Shown: positions 11,930 to 25,375 of the stretch, one piece after another
Position numbering within the stretch: the first letter of the stretch is position 1
Layout of the letters: every line of letters starts with the position of its first letter
Assembly: GCF_964355755.1 (NCBI RefSeq)
Contig: NC_092671.1
Span: 27,478,070 to 27,542,069, forward strand
DNA length: 64,000 bases
Reading direction: 5' to 3'
Origin: Antedon mediterranea
Lineage: Eukaryota; Animalia; Echinodermata
The notes under the pieces: model-generated
Databases searched by the model: none
Seen by the model: the letters and a program-made list of their open reading frames with translations, nothing else
What the model was told of the DNA's origin: nothing
Position numbers and translations under genes: made by a program

Positions 11930-14115
11930 TAATTTAATAATTTAATATATAAATATAATGTATGATGTATGATTTGAATGTTAATTTATATAATTCAATA
12001 TATAAATATGATGTATGATTTCAATGTTAATTTAAATAATTTAATATATAAATATAATGTATGATGTATGATCTTAATGTTAATTAAATAATTTAATATA
12101 TAAAAATAATGTATGATGTATGATTTTAATGTTAATTTATATAATTTAATATATAAATATAATGTATGATGTATGATTTTAATGTTAATTTATATAATTT
12201 AATATATAAAAATAATGTATGATGTATGATTTGAATGTTAATCTATATATAAATTTACATAAGGGCAAAATTCGGTAAATCGCGCCTTACTTCTAGAATT
12301 TTTACTCGATGGTATATAAAGTTGGTTCGTACTTTCGGTACTGATTTTAACCACCTGATGTAACCCTGTTTACTAATTAAATTGAGTTAGATAATTAGTT
12401 ATTGACGATTAAAACGAATTTAGGTTCAACGATTTGCCCCAAATAGGGGTGTTTTCCGATCGTGGTATACACTGTCTAATGGATGTCCAACTTGAAAAAT
12501 ACCCGCACACAATAATACGATGACGCTTCGCATTTTCCTATCTCCTCCTACGATAATTGTTTTTAATAGCTGAAAACTGGTTGAACAGCTAGAGTACAGC
12601 ATCATAATGTTGAAGACAGGCCGATTTTCTTAAAAAAATACTATTTTGATAGATTTAATATACGATTATACAAATGTATTGATTTGCGATGAATGGAACA
12701 TTCCAATCTCTGTTTCACAAGTGTCTATTCCCTCAGGCGTCGTAAAGGCAAGTACAGTACTGTATACTCGAAATTCGATCCATTTTTGTTTTCAATCTGT
12801 GCTGCAGAGGTTGGATATAATTTTTTTTTAAACGGATAATGAGCTAGCGTTTTCACTCGCCGTATATTATGTACAAATCTTTATTATTGCAGTTAAACCA
12901 CCCACATCATCACCTTTCCCTCACTGGCATGAGTAGCGTTGTAAAACCAGTAGAGAATAGGCCTACGGTACATCACATGCCCTAAACGCAGAACAACTTT
13001 GGTGGGTAGGGTAGGAACCAACTTAAGTATGAATTGGCTCTAAGAAACAATTGAAAACCATTAGGCCTACTAATTAAGTTGAGTTAGATAATTTAATATT
13101 TATTGACGATTAAATCGAATTTATGATTTTCCCCGAATAGAGGTGGTTTTCACAAATTGTTTTACATTATATTATAAACATATACACGTCGTAGTGATGT
13201 ATCGTTACATGTGCTGTACTATTTCAATCGACTAGGACGGTGATAGTTTCGCAATCGCAATGTTTTACTGTGTTTAGTGGTATATTATTTGTAAAACATG
13301 AAAGCAATTAATATTTCGTTACTAAATGGATAAAGAATATATTTTAACATTGTTCCTCTTTGCACCCATCCTCTTCCCCATCCCTCAACCCTAATGTTAC
13401 ATACAAAACACAAATTAAGTTTGTTTAAATTTGACTTAAACAATTGGTCTTATTTTGTGACAAGTTTCTCTTTCGGAAGTAATAGGGTGCTAATTTTAGT
13501 TGAGTACATAAATCACAGTGTCTATTTATTCGTTCCTGTACACGACATGTATTATTGTCCTGCGGTACGTACATTTGAAATCGCCAGTTTTTTAACGCTG
13601 AAATTATTATGTATTCGAGAACCATCTGTGGGCACGACCTAAATGGTACGCGAGCGAAGCGAGCGTACCATCTAGTTTATATAATTTAATATATAAATAT
13701 AATGTATGATTTTAATGTTAATTTATATAATTTAATATATAAATATGATGTATGATTTTAATGTTAATTTAAATAATTTAATATATAAATATAATGTATG
13801 ATGTATGATCTTAATGTTAATTAAATAATTTAATATATAAATATAATGTATGATGTATGATTTTAATGTTAATTTATATAATTTAATATATAAATATAAT
13901 GTATGATGTATGATTTTAATGTTAATTAAATAATTTAATATATAAATATAATGTATGATGTATGATTTTAATGTTAATTTATATAATTTAATATATAAAT
14001 ATAATGTATGATGTATGATTTTAATGTTAATTATAAAATTTAATATATAAAAATAATGTATGATGTATGTTTTAAATGTTAATTAAATAACTTAATATAT
14101 AAATATAATGTATGA
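11930..14115. repeat. ~53-bp AT-rich minisatellite array split by a Helitron
   Basis: aatgtatgatgtatgattttaatgttaatttatataatttaatatataaatat units at 11930-12241 and 13676-14115. Confidence 0.9.
12242..13675 (+). mobile_element. Canonical non-autonomous Helitron
   Basis: 5' TCTATATATA; 3' hairpin ATGGTACGC...GCGTACCAT then CTAG; inserted between A and T with no TSD; removal restores the satellite unit aatgttaa|tttatataat. Confidence 0.92.
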
Positions 14116-14384
14116 TATAAATAAATTGCTCTTGTTATTGTAAATAAATTGAAAGTTAATTATGAGTGCGAACACTTTGGTTTCTTGTTATTACAGTAGT
14201 TAATTTACTAATATATAATAACAACAATATATTATATATATTTTGCTATATATATCATTGGCTAATTTCGAATACTATATAATATTAAAGCACAATGGCA
14301 ACAACAATCGAAGCACACATGGCCTTCCATACAGATTATTGAACTAGCGGCCGCTTTGGTTGGTGGCCGCTTAGACCCTAATCT

Positions 14385-16730
14385 AGGCCTGAAATTGGAT
14401 ACTGTAGATTTTGTTCTTAAATTCATTGATAATAGTTCATTCTTTAATTTTTATACATGTTTTTACAGTCTATGATATTGTTGAAACTTACCGTGATAAT
14501 AATTTTACCCAAATAATTTGAAGCTAGTAAGTAATTTAAACTTAAATATTGTTTTTTTTAGCTAGCCTAAAAAGTTATACATGTTTCATTCAGTAGGCCT
14601 AAGTAGAATGGGAAAAGCTAAGTTACTGGAAAAAACAACAACCTAAAATTACTGAAAGTAATGTAAAAAATACTAAAAACAATTTGATTATTATGTGTAT
14701 ATCTAAAGATTTTAAACTTGTCCTATATAGGTGTTATATACCCCCAGTACCTTTGTACAGTAGTAATGTATTGTAATGTATTGTAAAGCTGACTCAAAGA
14801 AACATGTATTCACTTCGACTACATTTTAACAACAATTTTATTCACAATTCTACTATCTATATGACTCATACAAATTGGTATAGGTACAGGTGGTATTTGT
14901 AAACCAACTGATAACACAGGAAGTGTACTAACAACAAATGTATCATCTTGCCTACTGGCACCATAGCTAGACATAACAATAGGCTACTGTAATTGTCTTC
15001 TTAATAGTGGCGTTCACATCGAACTATGGCTAGTTAATTTAAGTAGATTATCTATATGATCTCGCCATAATTTGGATGTGAACGCCGGGGTGAACGCTCA
15101 ATTATGTCCGGATGATGTTTTTTTTCTGGACAATTATTGCTGCCTAGGATAGCCAGTTATTTTATGAGGGTAATCCAATTAACAACCCAGCGGGTGGCCT
15201 TCAGCCTCATTTGCACCGATGAAATTGAAGAATTTGTTAACCCAATTGATTTATTTTCATATTTAACATTTGAATTGCAAAGAATATGGTCATTCTTTAT
15301 TGTGTACCCCATAAAACCCTAAAAAATTAAATGAACTATGTCTGACGAGGACAGAGGTCTAATAGATATTAAGAGAAGATGGTAGGCCTAAAATATTTAC
15401 TGTACTGAAAAATAGAATACAAAATTTAACACAGAAAGTAAAATGACCAATTGTTTGTAATCAGAAGTTAAAAGTAAACAACATATGGGATAAATAAAAG
15501 AAAGAGATGATTTTTTTATACATAAAATAGCATTTAAAATCTCTAATACCAGGTTTTTATAAAATTGAATTAACTAGACATAATTGTACCAAAGAACGGG
15601 TTTTGTCAAGGTTAGTCCAGTTACGGTAGTAGAAATTTGTTAAATCCATTTCTTCTAGACATAGTTCCATGTGAACCCTGTTATACTGTAGATTTTGTTC
15701 TTGAATTCATTGATAATAGTACATTCTTGAATTTTGCTAAGTATTTTTACAGTCTATGATATTGTTGAAATTTACCGTAATAATAATTTTACCCAAATAT
15801 TATTAGGGAAATAAGTAATTTAAACTGAAATATTTTGTATACTAACTAGGGCTAGGCCTATCTTGTTAATGTTTCCTTCAGCAGGCCAAGTAGAATGGGG
15901 CAGGCTAATTACTGAAAACCACTGAAAATAACCGAAAGCTAACAGAAAAGAAACTGAAAACAATCAACAGCAACTGAAAACAACCAAAAGCAAACGAAAA
16001 CAAAATATAAACTAAATAAATACAACAAAAAAAACAATGTTTATAATTTTTATTTTAGCAATGTCGCCCTCTATTAATGAGGTATGTTGATTTATCAGAT
16101 GCTGTATTATAGAAAAAAACTCACACTTTATTAATACAAATATTTATTTATGCAAGTTAAATTAATTAGGAGTTTTTTTTTCAAAATTATTTTTGTACAG
16201 GTCCTGAACTTTTATTATTATATGTATATCTAAACATTTTTCATTGTTAAACTTGGCCTATATAGGCTACTGTAATTGTCTTCTTCTTTATGGGTGTATG
16301 GCCTAGGCCTGAAATTGTGGATACTGTAGATTTTGTTCTTAAATTCATTGTTAATAGTACATTCTTTAATTTTGATACATGTTTTTACCGTGGTAACAGC
16401 CTAAAGTTATACATGTTTCATTCAGTAGGCCTAAGTAGAATGGGGCAAGCTAAATAACTGAAAAAAAACAAAAACCTAAAATTACTGAAAGTAATGTAAA
16501 AAAATACTAAAAACAACAATTTGATTATTATGTGTATATCTAAAGATTTTAAACTTGGCCTATATAGGCTACTGTAATTGTCTTCTTAATGGGTGTATGG
16601 CGCGCCTAGGCCTGAAATTGTATACTGTAGATGTTGTTCTTGAAATCATTGATAATAGTACATTCTTAAATTTTGGTAAGTATTTTTACAGTCTATGATA
16701 TTGTTGAAATTTACCGTAATAATAATTTTT
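14385..16730. repeat. Locally amplified degenerate repeat family
   Basis: taggcctgaaatt..gatactgtagattttgttctt..attcattgataatag recurs at ~14385, 15684, 16303, 16607 and 24842; 15925-16080 also matches 55-180. Confidence 0.75.
15007..15680. mobile_element. MITE with Harbinger-like TIRs
   Basis: GG.GTTCACAT.GAACTATG.CTAG at 15009-15033 and its inverse CTAGACATAGTTCCATGTGAACCC at 15655-15678; interrupts the local repeat. Confidence 0.55.
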
Positions 16731-17149
16731 GCGCTTTGATTGTCGTTGGTTTGTAATCTTTGATTGTCATTGTTTTGACAGGTTTTCTTTACTCGGACGT
16801 AAATAACAATCTACATTATTATAATGTAATTTATTCTCTTTTTTTTACAGATTGAATGTGATACGTTCTTTTAAACGAAATTGCGAATCGATGATTAGCC
16901 TACTTATTTTAACTAAATGATTTTAAATAAATGATATATTTGTTTAATAATAAAGTAAATAAAATTCATTGTGGTGTTTGTATTGTATATTAATATAATA
17001 TATAATAAGCCAATTATTAAGAATTATATACATTTTTTCAATAAGGTATATCAAAATATATATTTTTGTTATTGTATATTAATCAGTAAAGTATGAATTT
17101 CCTTCACTTTATTCCAAATCATAATTTTAACATAACAATTTTAAAACAA

Positions 17150-18960
17150 ATGCAATAATATGAAAAGGAATAGGGCAACCACGAACAAGCAAAGCTTTAC
17201 AACTGTGGCACCCTTAAAAAATATAAAACAAATTATTTTAATGGTATGCATGAAAGAATCGAAAATTTACTAAAAACAGTTTTTTATAATACTGCAAGAT
17301 AATAAATATGAAACTATACTATATACATATAATTAATAACATTGTAAGTAATAATAATAATAATACATAATGATGATTACTTTTTTTCTCTGCAAATAAG
17401 TCAGTTTTCTTCTTGACACAAATACTTTATAAAAGGATAACGTTCAATATAAATACAATCTAATTTCTTTTTAAATAATGATATATTTTTACATTGTTTT
17501 ATATCATCCGATAGATTGTTCCACATCTTAGACCCAGTATACGAGAACCCTTGACGGCCAACATTTGTATGCTTCAGGTCTATTACAAGATTGTTTTTAA
17601 CTCGCGTGTTATAATCATGATACAAGTCGAAGGTGTGGAAAAATATAATAATAATAAATAACTCTACAAATAACTGTCTTATTGTCTATATCAAGTTCAA
17701 TAATAATACTCTCAGCAGCATGCAGAAGCTGCGATAGGTCACTTCTTAATCGATAAGACAAATTTGACTTTATATATAAAGCAACGCTACCACCACCTGT
17801 GTCCCTATTGTTATATATTGCTGTATAGTTATTTAATTGATACAGACCAGTAAAGTGTTTACTAGAGAGCCATGTCTCAGTCAGACTGATCGCAGAAAAT
17901 TCATAGTCAAATCGTGAAAGATAATTTGATAATTTATCAAATTTTCTTACTATACTTCTACAGTTTAAAGAAAATATTGAAAAATTCTTTGATACATCAT
18001 CTGAACAATATTTAGCTTTGAAATCATCAACACTTATATATTTGTTTTTAAAGTAATTTGGTATAGTTATAATGTTGTTTTCTTCTTCATTATTTGTTTG
18101 TAATACAAAAGACATTTAAATTTTAAAAAATTAATTTTTTTTGCAAAAATAAATAAAAAGAAAAAAAAAAGGAAAAAGAAAAAAAGAGTAACATTAGAAT
18201 ATCGGGAGAAAAGGTAACAGTTAACTGTACTCTTTATCACAACTGATCTCCGCGAGTTATGTCTCACATATTAGGACAGTATTGGTTTATTGTTCATGTT
18301 AAGTTTGGGTATTAATTAAAAACTAATACATGGGCATACAGTTTATATTCTGCTCCTGTAGCTTCTTAGAAATGCGTTGGGTACTGATTCAGGTATGATG
18401 ACCACGGTACGGTCTTCCATCCATGTATAAAACACCGTTACGAAAAACCGGATGTTTACTGGATTTGAAAGCATTTTCCATCACGTCTGCGTATTTACGT
18501 TTCTCCTTGACGTCAGCTGGCGGCAAGTCTTCCAGTGCGTAAAATGCCGAATTCTTTAGTGCTTTTGTCTTCTTTAGAACGGCATACCGCTGTGGCCTGT
18601 AAATAAATTTAGCTATTATGTGCCTGGGCTTTTCAGCATTCCTCGTTTGTTTACCGGTCCTATGCGCATTTTCAATTTGTATGTCGTCAATTTTTAAACG
18701 TCTTGTAGTTTATTTAGCGTATTTTCGTTTTCGTCCTCCTGTATACCACCAAATCTTAAGTTGTAGCTTCTCAAGTGGCTCTCCACCCTTAGTACCTCAG
18801 CCTCCAAATTACTTATTGTTTTCTGTTTAACATTTAGTTCAGTCTAGATTTACCATTTTTGTAGCAAGATCACCTACTTTAGACTCATTTTCATTTATTG
18901 TCGTAGTGTAATATTCAAGCGATCTATCCAACTCTATTTGTTTGCCTCAATATAGATTTA
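17150..18960 (-). mobile_element. L2/CR1-group (Crack-like) LINE remnant with RT core deleted
   Basis: ORF1-like text at ~18400-18960; APE N-terminus SLNCRSI...AISLTETWL (17615..18115) abuts the ORF2 tail YNTR...FSYTGSKMWNNL...FKKKL (17401..17625). Confidence 0.8.
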
Positions 18961-19199
18961 TTTTAACGACATGTTTTGGGCATAGCCCATCATCAGGTGA
19001 AAAGAATTGTAACAAAGGATAACATATATAAGTCACAAAATTACATAATAAAACAAATCAGCCAATCAAAGATGTTAACAAACAAAAGGCATAGTTATAA
19101 AGGCACGCCTCCAAAAGCTATGGTGTACAAAGCAGGAATGGTTGCTTATAAAGCAGGAAATTTAAAACAAAGACAAAAGCTTCAAGTGTAAATAATTGT

Positions 19200-19690
19200 T
19201 AATATGTGAATGTCTCTGGCAAAATTAATGTTTAAAGGATTTAAATTGTACATTTATGCCGGTAGGGGCAAGAGTGCCAAGCTTTACAATTATTCTTTCT
19301 TCTATAATTCTACGAGATGTCTCAGAACCATTACATACTTTAACACCAGAAATTGTAATATCCGAAAGGGAATGCTCATTATTACAAAAATGGGTGGCTA
19401 CAGGTAATCCGGGAGTCTTTAGTTTAATAGACCTTAAATGTTCTACAAACCTATCACCTAACCTGCGTTTAGTTTCACCAATATAAAGCATATTACATTT
19501 AGTACACGAAATACAATAAACTAGATTTCTAGTGGTGCACGTAATACGATCATAATTACCAGAAGGTCCTACTATTTGGCTTGAACATGAAACGTAATTA
19601 CATGTCGAACATCTATTTCTATTACATTTGAATGTTGATGTTGATTCATTACCTTTGTTTTGTAATTTAGATTTAACTAAAGTGTCTTAA
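19200..19690 (-). mobile_element. Penelope-like element GIY-YIG endonuclease remnant
   Basis: NLVYCISCTKC.MLYIGETKRRLGDRFVEHLRSI...PVATHF...LGTLAPTGIN (ORF 19225..19491 and upstream). Confidence 0.88.
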
Positions 19691-19699
19691 TGCATATAT

Positions 19700-22600
19700 C
19701 TATACCCACATATACACATGCGTATACATACATAAGCATACCACATTAAGGTTTTATGAAGAAATAGGCTATACACAAATATCATCGAACAAAAATGTCA
19801 GGTAATCTTTTATTGAAGATTCTATTAATTATTTCGATTGGATATTTGCGTATTCTTAGTTCAAAGTATACAATCGGAGAGATATCGTTAATATTACCAT
19901 ATACAAATTTAGAGATACCTAGTTTAGTAATATTTATAATGTTATTAATGATTTTCATATGAACTTTATTCAGACATTCAAAACCAAAAATTACGTGAAA
20001 GTTTGAGATCGTAATGTCTATCTGCAGGTATAAACGGATGATTAGATCGACTTTTTTCCATATCGGAAACAGATAATTATTTGTTGGGTATACGTTGTGT
20101 AATATTTTGACAGTACAGTACAGTACATTTAACTGAGCTTCATTAGAAGATATTCGTTGCCATATTTTTTCCCAATTAAAATTATAATTATCAAAAAACC
20201 GTTCCCAGTAATTTTGACATTTTGGTAATGAATACATTTTTGAAAGAATATGTTCTCTATCAATTTTTGGAGTACATTTGTCGATACAGACATTATTAAA
20301 AAGGATTACAGGATCAAATAGTTTGTCCCAAGATAAGGCGTTTTTCCAGTCAGCTGGGATACAACTATGAATTGAAAAAAGTGTAATCAGTGTTTTCGGG
20401 TGGTTGATTTTGTCTAACATTTGTTTTGAGGAAATTAAGGTATCATCAAAGTTATAAATGTCCCGAAGCGTTAAGATTCCGGCTTTGATAAATTCATGAT
20501 CATAAAGCGTTTTACCGTAATGTGTTATATTAGCATTATTCCATATAATTTCATTTATTGGCTCTATGACGTTGTGGTTAATATGATAATTATTGTGTTT
20601 GAACCAGTCAACGATCAGTCGTGAGTAAAAAGCTGGAAGATGATTGATTTTTTTTATACACTCTTTGTTAATTTGTTTTATTGAGCATTTGCATTTAAAT
20701 ATATTTAAGCCTAGGCCTATTTTATCTAGGAAGTATAGGGCAAAGTTTTTCCACATTGATTGTTTGTTGTCGGCTAATTTCTTAATCCATGATAGGGTAA
20801 TAGATGTTAAAAAGGAGGGCAGGTGAAATATGTTCAGTCCGCCGCGATATAATGTTGATGTAATTACTCCTCTTTTAACACATTCGGCTCTATTCCATAT
20901 GAAGTTTAAAAAAGTTGTGTTTAATTGTTTTACGATTTCGTTCGGTATAATAACTGTAGAAGCTAGGTATGTTAATTTTGAAGCCAATAACGTTTTTACT
21001 ATAATATTCCTGCCAATCATCGATAGGTGTCTACATTTCCATGCTCTGATTGACTTTTCTATATGTTGCATTTTATTTTCCCAGTTTATTTTGATTTTTT
21101 CGATAGGAACGTTCGGGTTGAATACTAGGCCTAATATTTTAATATAATTATCAGGGTGTAATTTCCATTTTATTCGTTCTGTTTCTTCCGAGCAGAACGC
21201 GAGTGAGCCTATCCAAAGAGCGTCGCTTTTTTGGGCATTGATTTTTAGTCCTGAAATGCAAGCAAAATTGTCAAGGGTATCAAGGGCCTGGTCAAGGGAT
21301 TGAATAGAGTCGATAAGTATTGTTGTATCATCAGCAAATGATGATATTTTTACTTCGTTTTTATTACACACATTTATCGGAAGCTTAATTCCGGTAATGT
21401 CATTGGATTGTCTAATCTTACATGCGAGGGGTTCAATTGCTAGTACAAAAAGGAATGCTGAAATAGGGCATCCTTGGCGCACTCCTCGCTCTACTTCAAA
21501 AAATTCCGATAGATGTCCATTATTTATAATACAATTACAACAGTTTTTTAATATCGCTGAACACCATTTGATAAAGGATTTTCCAAAATTGAATTTGGGA
21601 AGTAAATCAATAAGATAATCTTTTTCAATCGAGTCGAATGCTTTTTTAAAGTCAACACATTCCGGGAAGCTTAGTGTTATAACTCCTCTGTTTTGAAAGG
21701 TTGTTAGTTCTCCGCGGTTGTATGAATCATTAAAAGCTTTTATGACTAAATTTCCAATTATTGGCCAGAATTTTTTGTAGAACTCGGGCGAGAGTCCATC
21801 GTATCCAGGGCTTTTATTGTTTTGTAGCGTTTACAAAATATTTTGGCATTCAATGTTTGTAATTGGGCCTTCGCATGCTAGTTTTTGGGCTTCAGTTAAT
21901 GTTGGTAAGGTTACGTTTTTAAGGAATGATGTTGGGTCTTATCCGATTTATAAATGTTTGAAAAGTATTCTACTTGTGCTTTTAGGATTTCATATTTTGT
22001 TAGGATATCATTATTATCTTTGTCTCGTAAGCATGTAATATTTTTTCTTGAACCGTTAGTTTTCTCTAGATTGAGGAAGAATTTAGAAGATTTTTCACCT
22101 TTTTCAATCCATTGTATACGTGATCTGATTTGGATACCTCGTACATAGTTCTCGAAAGTCGTCTCGTATTGGAGTTTTAAACTGTTATATTTAAGTTTGA
22201 ACAAGTTACTTTCTGGATTTTTTAATTATTTGTTTTTAATTTTTTCTCTATCTTATCTTATTTATTCAATATATTAAAGGGTTGTTTTGTTTCCATGTGA
22301 ATCTTTTTTCACTTGCATGTTTGGCTCTCCATATATCAGAGAGGTCGAACATTTCTAGTAACGACTTTAAAGTGTTTACACTTGTAGGTTGGGTGTTACT
22401 TCCACCAATTTTGTCAAGGGAGTTGTTAAGCACAATGTTCATATCACCACCTAACAGAATTTTACCATTGGTAGAGTGTTTTAAAATTATATCCGCTATG
22501 TTTTCAAAGAATTTGTTTCGTTCAGTATTATTATTAGGAGCGTAAACGTTCCATAAGTAATACGTTAATTTATTTATAATTATGCTAACGCCTACAATTC

Positions 22601-24385
22601 TACCTACATTATCTTCATAAATTAGTTTATGTTTGAGTTCTGAAAATCGGTTTTTAATGCCTATTATAACCCCACAACTATGATTAGTCCCGTGTGACCC
22701 ATAAAGCGTTCCCCCCCCCCATTCTTTTCCCCATGCTTTCGTATCAATTTTACTACAATATGATTCTTGGATAAATATAATGTCGCTGTTCCTATTGTTT
22801 AGCCATGTAAAAATACATTTGCGTTTTTTGTTGTTACAGAGTCCTCTAACATTTAAGGTAGTGAAAGAAATCAAAATTGAGTAATGTTTTAGTATTGTTT
22901 TAGTAGAGATTAGTTATTAGTGGTTATGTTACATATTCTCACTTCTTTTTATTTCGAAGGCCTCTTCGGCTGGTATGTTCAGTAGTCTGTTTTTGCTGTT
23001 TTCTGTCTTTGCAGATTTCAATGTGGGGTGTTGTTTCTATTTGGTCGGTATCACTGTGAACAGATTCATCGCTTTCTGTGGAGTCGTGTTGGTCAGAATC
23101 TGGTGTACTGTCGTATGTTCTGCTATGCGATGGTTTTGGTTTTATCACTTTTGCTCCTGGTTGCTTTGAGTTTTCGTGAGAAAACATATCGGGGATTGTT
23201 TTTTGTTGTGTGGACGATGTTTATGCCATTTTCGGACCCATGCTGCTATTTGATGAGTCTACATTGTGTTTGTGAGACGTAGCATTGTCTGGGCAATCAC
23301 GTTTGATATGGCCATACTGGTTGCAGTTAAAACATCGTGGACCTTTGTCTTTATTTGGGCATTCTGTCTTTTGATGATCATTGTCTCCACAAATGAAGCA
23401 TTTGGATCTAGGTTTCATAACACAATCTTCAATCAGATGATCGGTTTGTTTACAATACCTGCAAAAGGTCTCTGGTTGTCCTTGATAAAACAGTTTAATT
23501 TCAATTTCGATTAGTTCTGCTGGTCGAAACGGATTAGCAATATCCATAGCAGAATATCTAGGTTTGTGTTCATTGATTTTAGAGACAAAACAGAATCTGT
23601 GACCCGTGTGCAGGTGTTCAAAGCCTGGACTAGTGTTTCTAGCAATATTTTCCGGCATAAAGACGCAAAGGAATTTACCCAGCTGGCTATGTCCTCATCT
23701 TGTACATTCTGTGGTATTCCGTGTATGCTTAGGCGGATGTTGTTCGTTTTTGTGATGCTAGTACGAAGGCTTTTCCTTGGATGGTAGCCATGTTAATAAT
23801 CCAGTAAGGATTTGGTCTAGCGTTGAGGTATTGTACTACGAGAATATCTTTAGCCTTTAGCTTAGCTGTAGCTCCATTGTTCTTGTTCACCGAAGTTAAA
23901 ATGGCCTCCGCCACCTGGTATTCTTTGACTCGCATATTTCTATCCACTTCGAGTTTCACCCACCGTTTTATATCTTGTAATGAATCTATGTTTACATCCA
24001 TTTTGTACAATAATAGTTGTTGAGTTGTTTGAATAGTCGCTATTCCCGTATCAATTTTAGTATTAATTTGTGCCATCATATCTTTAAGTTCGCTTCGTAG
24101 GGCTTTAATTTCAGAGGTTGATGATGTAGCGGCGGGGGATTCAATCAGTGTTGTTACGCTGTGAGCTTTCTCCCCGGCTTTCTCGGTCTCATTTTTTGCT
24201 TTCCTAGTATTAGGCTTAGAAGCGCTCATCGTTATTTTTTGTTTGGAGATAAAGTATACAATATAGGGTAGAGACTTACGTTGCATATAATGTGATCCCG
24301 GTACAGTAATCCCTGTACAGTAATCAGTGTTGGAGCAGAAATTTTAAGCGGAGCTCTTACCGGTACGTGTTTACTCTTCAGATCC
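19700..24385 (-). mobile_element. Tx1/L1-clade LINE, near full-length but decayed
   Basis: ORF1 pieces 23729..24286, 23221..23658 (three CCHC knuckles) and 22939..23187; APE 22266..22874 (TLNVRGL, IFIQES, NVYAPN, GGDMN); 21911..22204 (RSRIQWIEKGEKSSKFF); RT 19782..21482 (RQGCPIS, FADDTT); frameshifts and deletions. Confidence 0.93.
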
Positions 24386-25234
24386 CATCATGCATGATTG
24401 AAGTAACTAGTAGTGTTCATAATTTGTTAACTTCTTTCTAATTTATTTACAATATACATGATGACAGCAATTTATTTATTTAATATCCTACATTATTTTA
24501 TACCTTCAGATATATAAATCAATTTAAAATGAGTTTTAAATACTAATATAAGATGTAAGTGTCTATACGGTACGGTAATTAATTACGCGAATTTCTGCTA
24601 ATAGCCAGCAATAGTGCTGTAGAAGGTGTGCGTTCCTCTGGCGTATTCGTCCTCGCATTGCTTTATTAAAAACACAAACAATGTATTACAATGGGAAAAA
24701 AAAACCTGAAATTACTGAAAGTAATGTAAAAAATACTAAAAGCAACAACAATTTGGTTATTATGTGTATATCTAAATATTTTAAACTTGGCCTATATAGG
24801 CTACTGTAATTGTCTTCTTAATTAATGGGTGTATGGCCGCCTAGGCCTAAAATTAGATACTGTAGATTTTGTTCTTAAATTAATTCATAACAGTACATTA
24901 CAATGGCTGGAATTTCACCACCAGTACTGTTTCTACCTACTCCAGCCTAATCAACATTAAAGTATAAAAAAGGGTTGGAATTTTTTTCAAATTATAGACT
25001 TGCGTCTGGAAGTGACCGATGGAATGCTGAAAGAAGGAAAGAACTATTACTACATTGTCTTGGTACTGAGAGCCAATGTATTTACAGCTCTTTACCAGGA
25101 AGAGAAATTGATCCAAATGATGATTCATATTGATTCATATGATGCAACTGTTGCCAAATTGCGGGCACATTTTAACCCAAGTGTAATATAATGATATACA
25201 TTTATAATTTAGAAATCAACCTTTGTATATGCAG

Positions 25235-25375
25235 ACAAGCTGAAATTTATTTTACACGAAGACAAACTGAAATTATTTTACACGAAGACAAGCTAAAATT
25301 TATTTTACACAAAGACAAGCTGAAATTTATTTTACACGAAGGCAAGTTGTAATTTATTTTACACGAAGACAAGCA
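25235..25375. repeat. ~27-bp tandem repeat, ~5 copies
   Basis: gacaagctgaaatttattttacacgaa units. Confidence 0.85.

Noticed and set aside
19782-21482. 566-aa ORF as an intact gene or an R2 protein
   Set aside because: RT fragment of an APE-type Tx1/L1 element with frameshifts; R2 uses a restriction-like endonuclease and has a different architecture
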